Of a stretch of DNA of 64,000 nucleotides, positions 62,913 to 64,000 are shown piece by piece (position 1 is the stretch's first letter; each line of letters starts with the position of its first letter). The notes below the pieces were generated by a model. The model was not told the origin of the DNA. It searched no databases and worked only from the letters and a program-made list of their open reading frames with translations. Origin of the DNA: Magallana gigas (Eukaryota). The DNA lies in assembly GCF_963853765.1 (NCBI RefSeq), contig NC_088854.1, positions 18,166,001 to 18,230,000 of the forward strand, given 5' to 3'. The position numbers were made by a program, and so were the translations under genes.

Positions 62913-63040
62913 AGGCAAATCCACCCCTACTTTTGAATTTCTTCTGAAGTTGGGATCACATTTGCCTACAATAAATATTGAACTAAGTAGAAATTCTGGA
63001 GTTTCTATAAGCCAGAGTTGTGGAATTGTTCCTAACACTG
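62913..63040 (+). ncRNA. Box H/ACA snoRNA, cluster copy 2
   Basis: GGCAAAT/ATTTGCC; H box ACAATA (62968-62973); GAAC/GTTC and AATTCTGG/CCAGAGTT; ACA at 63035-63037. Confidence 0.82.
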
Positions 63041-63355
63041 AACATTAGAAATAGTCATTATTAAATCAAATGTGCATCAACAATTCTAGCCAAAATTTGT
63101 GTCCTTGGTATTTTTCTTCCTCAGATATGTAAGATTAGAAATATACACATGTTTTGTGTTTTTATCCATTTTCTTTACTGGATTTAAATATGTGGTACAT
63201 TTTAAACTTTGCTGTTTATTGATTCAAGGGGCCATTGAATGAGGTCAAAAGTCAATCTCGCTTTAGTGTAATGTGTCAGAGGCAAGGTCTTGTGTGTTTA
63301 CATCAAGGTCGTATCTTTCTCCACTTTCCCAATTTGAATCATATGGCAAATATGT

Positions 63356-63485
63356 TGGCAAATCCACCCCATCTGTAGTGATATGGCTAGAGATGGGATC
63401 AAATTTGCAAAAATGAAAGATTGGGAACCAAGTAGAAATTCTGGGATATAAATATTCCAGAGTTGTGGAAGGGTTCTCTACATCA
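63356..63485 (+). ncRNA. Box H/ACA snoRNA, cluster copy 3
   Basis: Upper stem CCCATCT/AGATGGG; H box AAATGA; GGGAAC/GTTCTC; ACA at 63480-63482. Confidence 0.82.
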
Positions 63486-63555
63486 CGATACTACATTTTT
63501 TTTATTTATAACAATTTTTTTAATTTAATAGAATTGTCATTAATAAAATCTTTGT

Positions 63556-63685
63556 TGGCAAATCCACCCCTTCTGTAGTGAAACCGCTATGGATGGGATC
63601 AAATTTGCCCAAATGGACTCGAGAAATTAAGTAGAAATTTTGGAGGTTTTAATCATCCAGAGTTGTGGAAAAGTTCTCTACATCA
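63556..63685 (+). ncRNA. Box H/ACA snoRNA, cluster copy 4
   Basis: Same architecture; H position reads AAATGG (non-canonical 6th base); GAGAA/TTCTC; ACA at 63680-63682. Confidence 0.75.
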
Positions 63686-63739
63686 TAAATCTAGTTTATG
63701 ATACAGATTTTTTTTTGTATAGTTGTTGAAGATAACCCT

Positions 63740-63870
63740 TGGCAAATCCACCCCTTCTGTGTTGAATTGTCCATAGATTGGATCAAATTTGCCCTAAGAA
63801 AATATGAGGAACTAAGTAGAAATTCTAGAGTAATTGATATCTCTGAGTTGTGGAAAAGTTCCATACAACC
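63740..63870 (+). ncRNA. Box H/ACA snoRNA, cluster copy 5
   Basis: GGCAAAT/ATTTGCC; H box AGAAAA; GGAAC/GTTCC; ACA at 63865-63867. Confidence 0.8.
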
Positions 63871-63937
63871 GGACCAATGGTTTTACTGTTAAGATTACTG
63901 GTTCCTTTACAAATAGCCAATTCCAGTTTAACTGTGT

Positions 63938-64000
63938 TGGCAAATCCACCCCTTCTGTAGTGAAACGGCTATGGGTGGGATCAAATTTGCCTAAATAGAC
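63938..64000 (+). ncRNA. Box H/ACA snoRNA, cluster copy 6 (first hairpin only, cut by the window end)
   Basis: GGCAAATCCACCCCTTCTGTAGTGAAACGGCTATGGGTGGGATCAAATTTGCC, nearly identical to hairpin 1 of copy 4. Confidence 0.72.

Noticed and set aside
62301-64000. Conserved-block/variable-spacer array read as CRISPR-like or as a satellite
   Set aside because: Eukaryotic intron with no cas genes. Each unit has four conserved blocks whose intervening sequences base-pair and co-vary, ending in ACA; period is irregular (185-610 bp). H/ACA architecture explains it better.

Overview
AT-rich animal genomic DNA with GT-AG introns. The interspersed repeats resemble those of oysters/bivalves (inference). 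All supportable protein genes are on the + strand: a BTB-BACK-Kelch gene (3969-5687); two paralogous uncharacterised ~365-aa genes (6580-7686, 15164-16252); a 4-exon type-I membrane protein gene (17002-20173); two paralogous small secreted 6-Cys, WAP-like peptide genes (22852-24925, 26801-28283); and, after a ~17-kb gene-poor stretch with MITEs and a ~1.9-kb diverged duplication, an EHMT1/2 (GLP/G9a) H3K9 methyltransferase gene. The EHMT gene has a probable non-coding first exon near 46.3 kb and 21 coding exons (51185-62231, ~1424 codons) covering the Cys-rich region, ankyrin repeats and pre-SET; the SET domain lies beyond the window. The main unexplained structure is inside EHMT introns: at least six tandem copies of a ~130-nt two-hairpin RNA in one intron (62301-64000) and a seventh, decayed copy two introns upstream. 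They have box H/ACA snoRNA architecture, compensatory stem changes, variable loops and near-invariant guide pockets. The first pocket is complementary to an 18S rRNA segment recalled from memory. All analysis was by eye; no searches were run.
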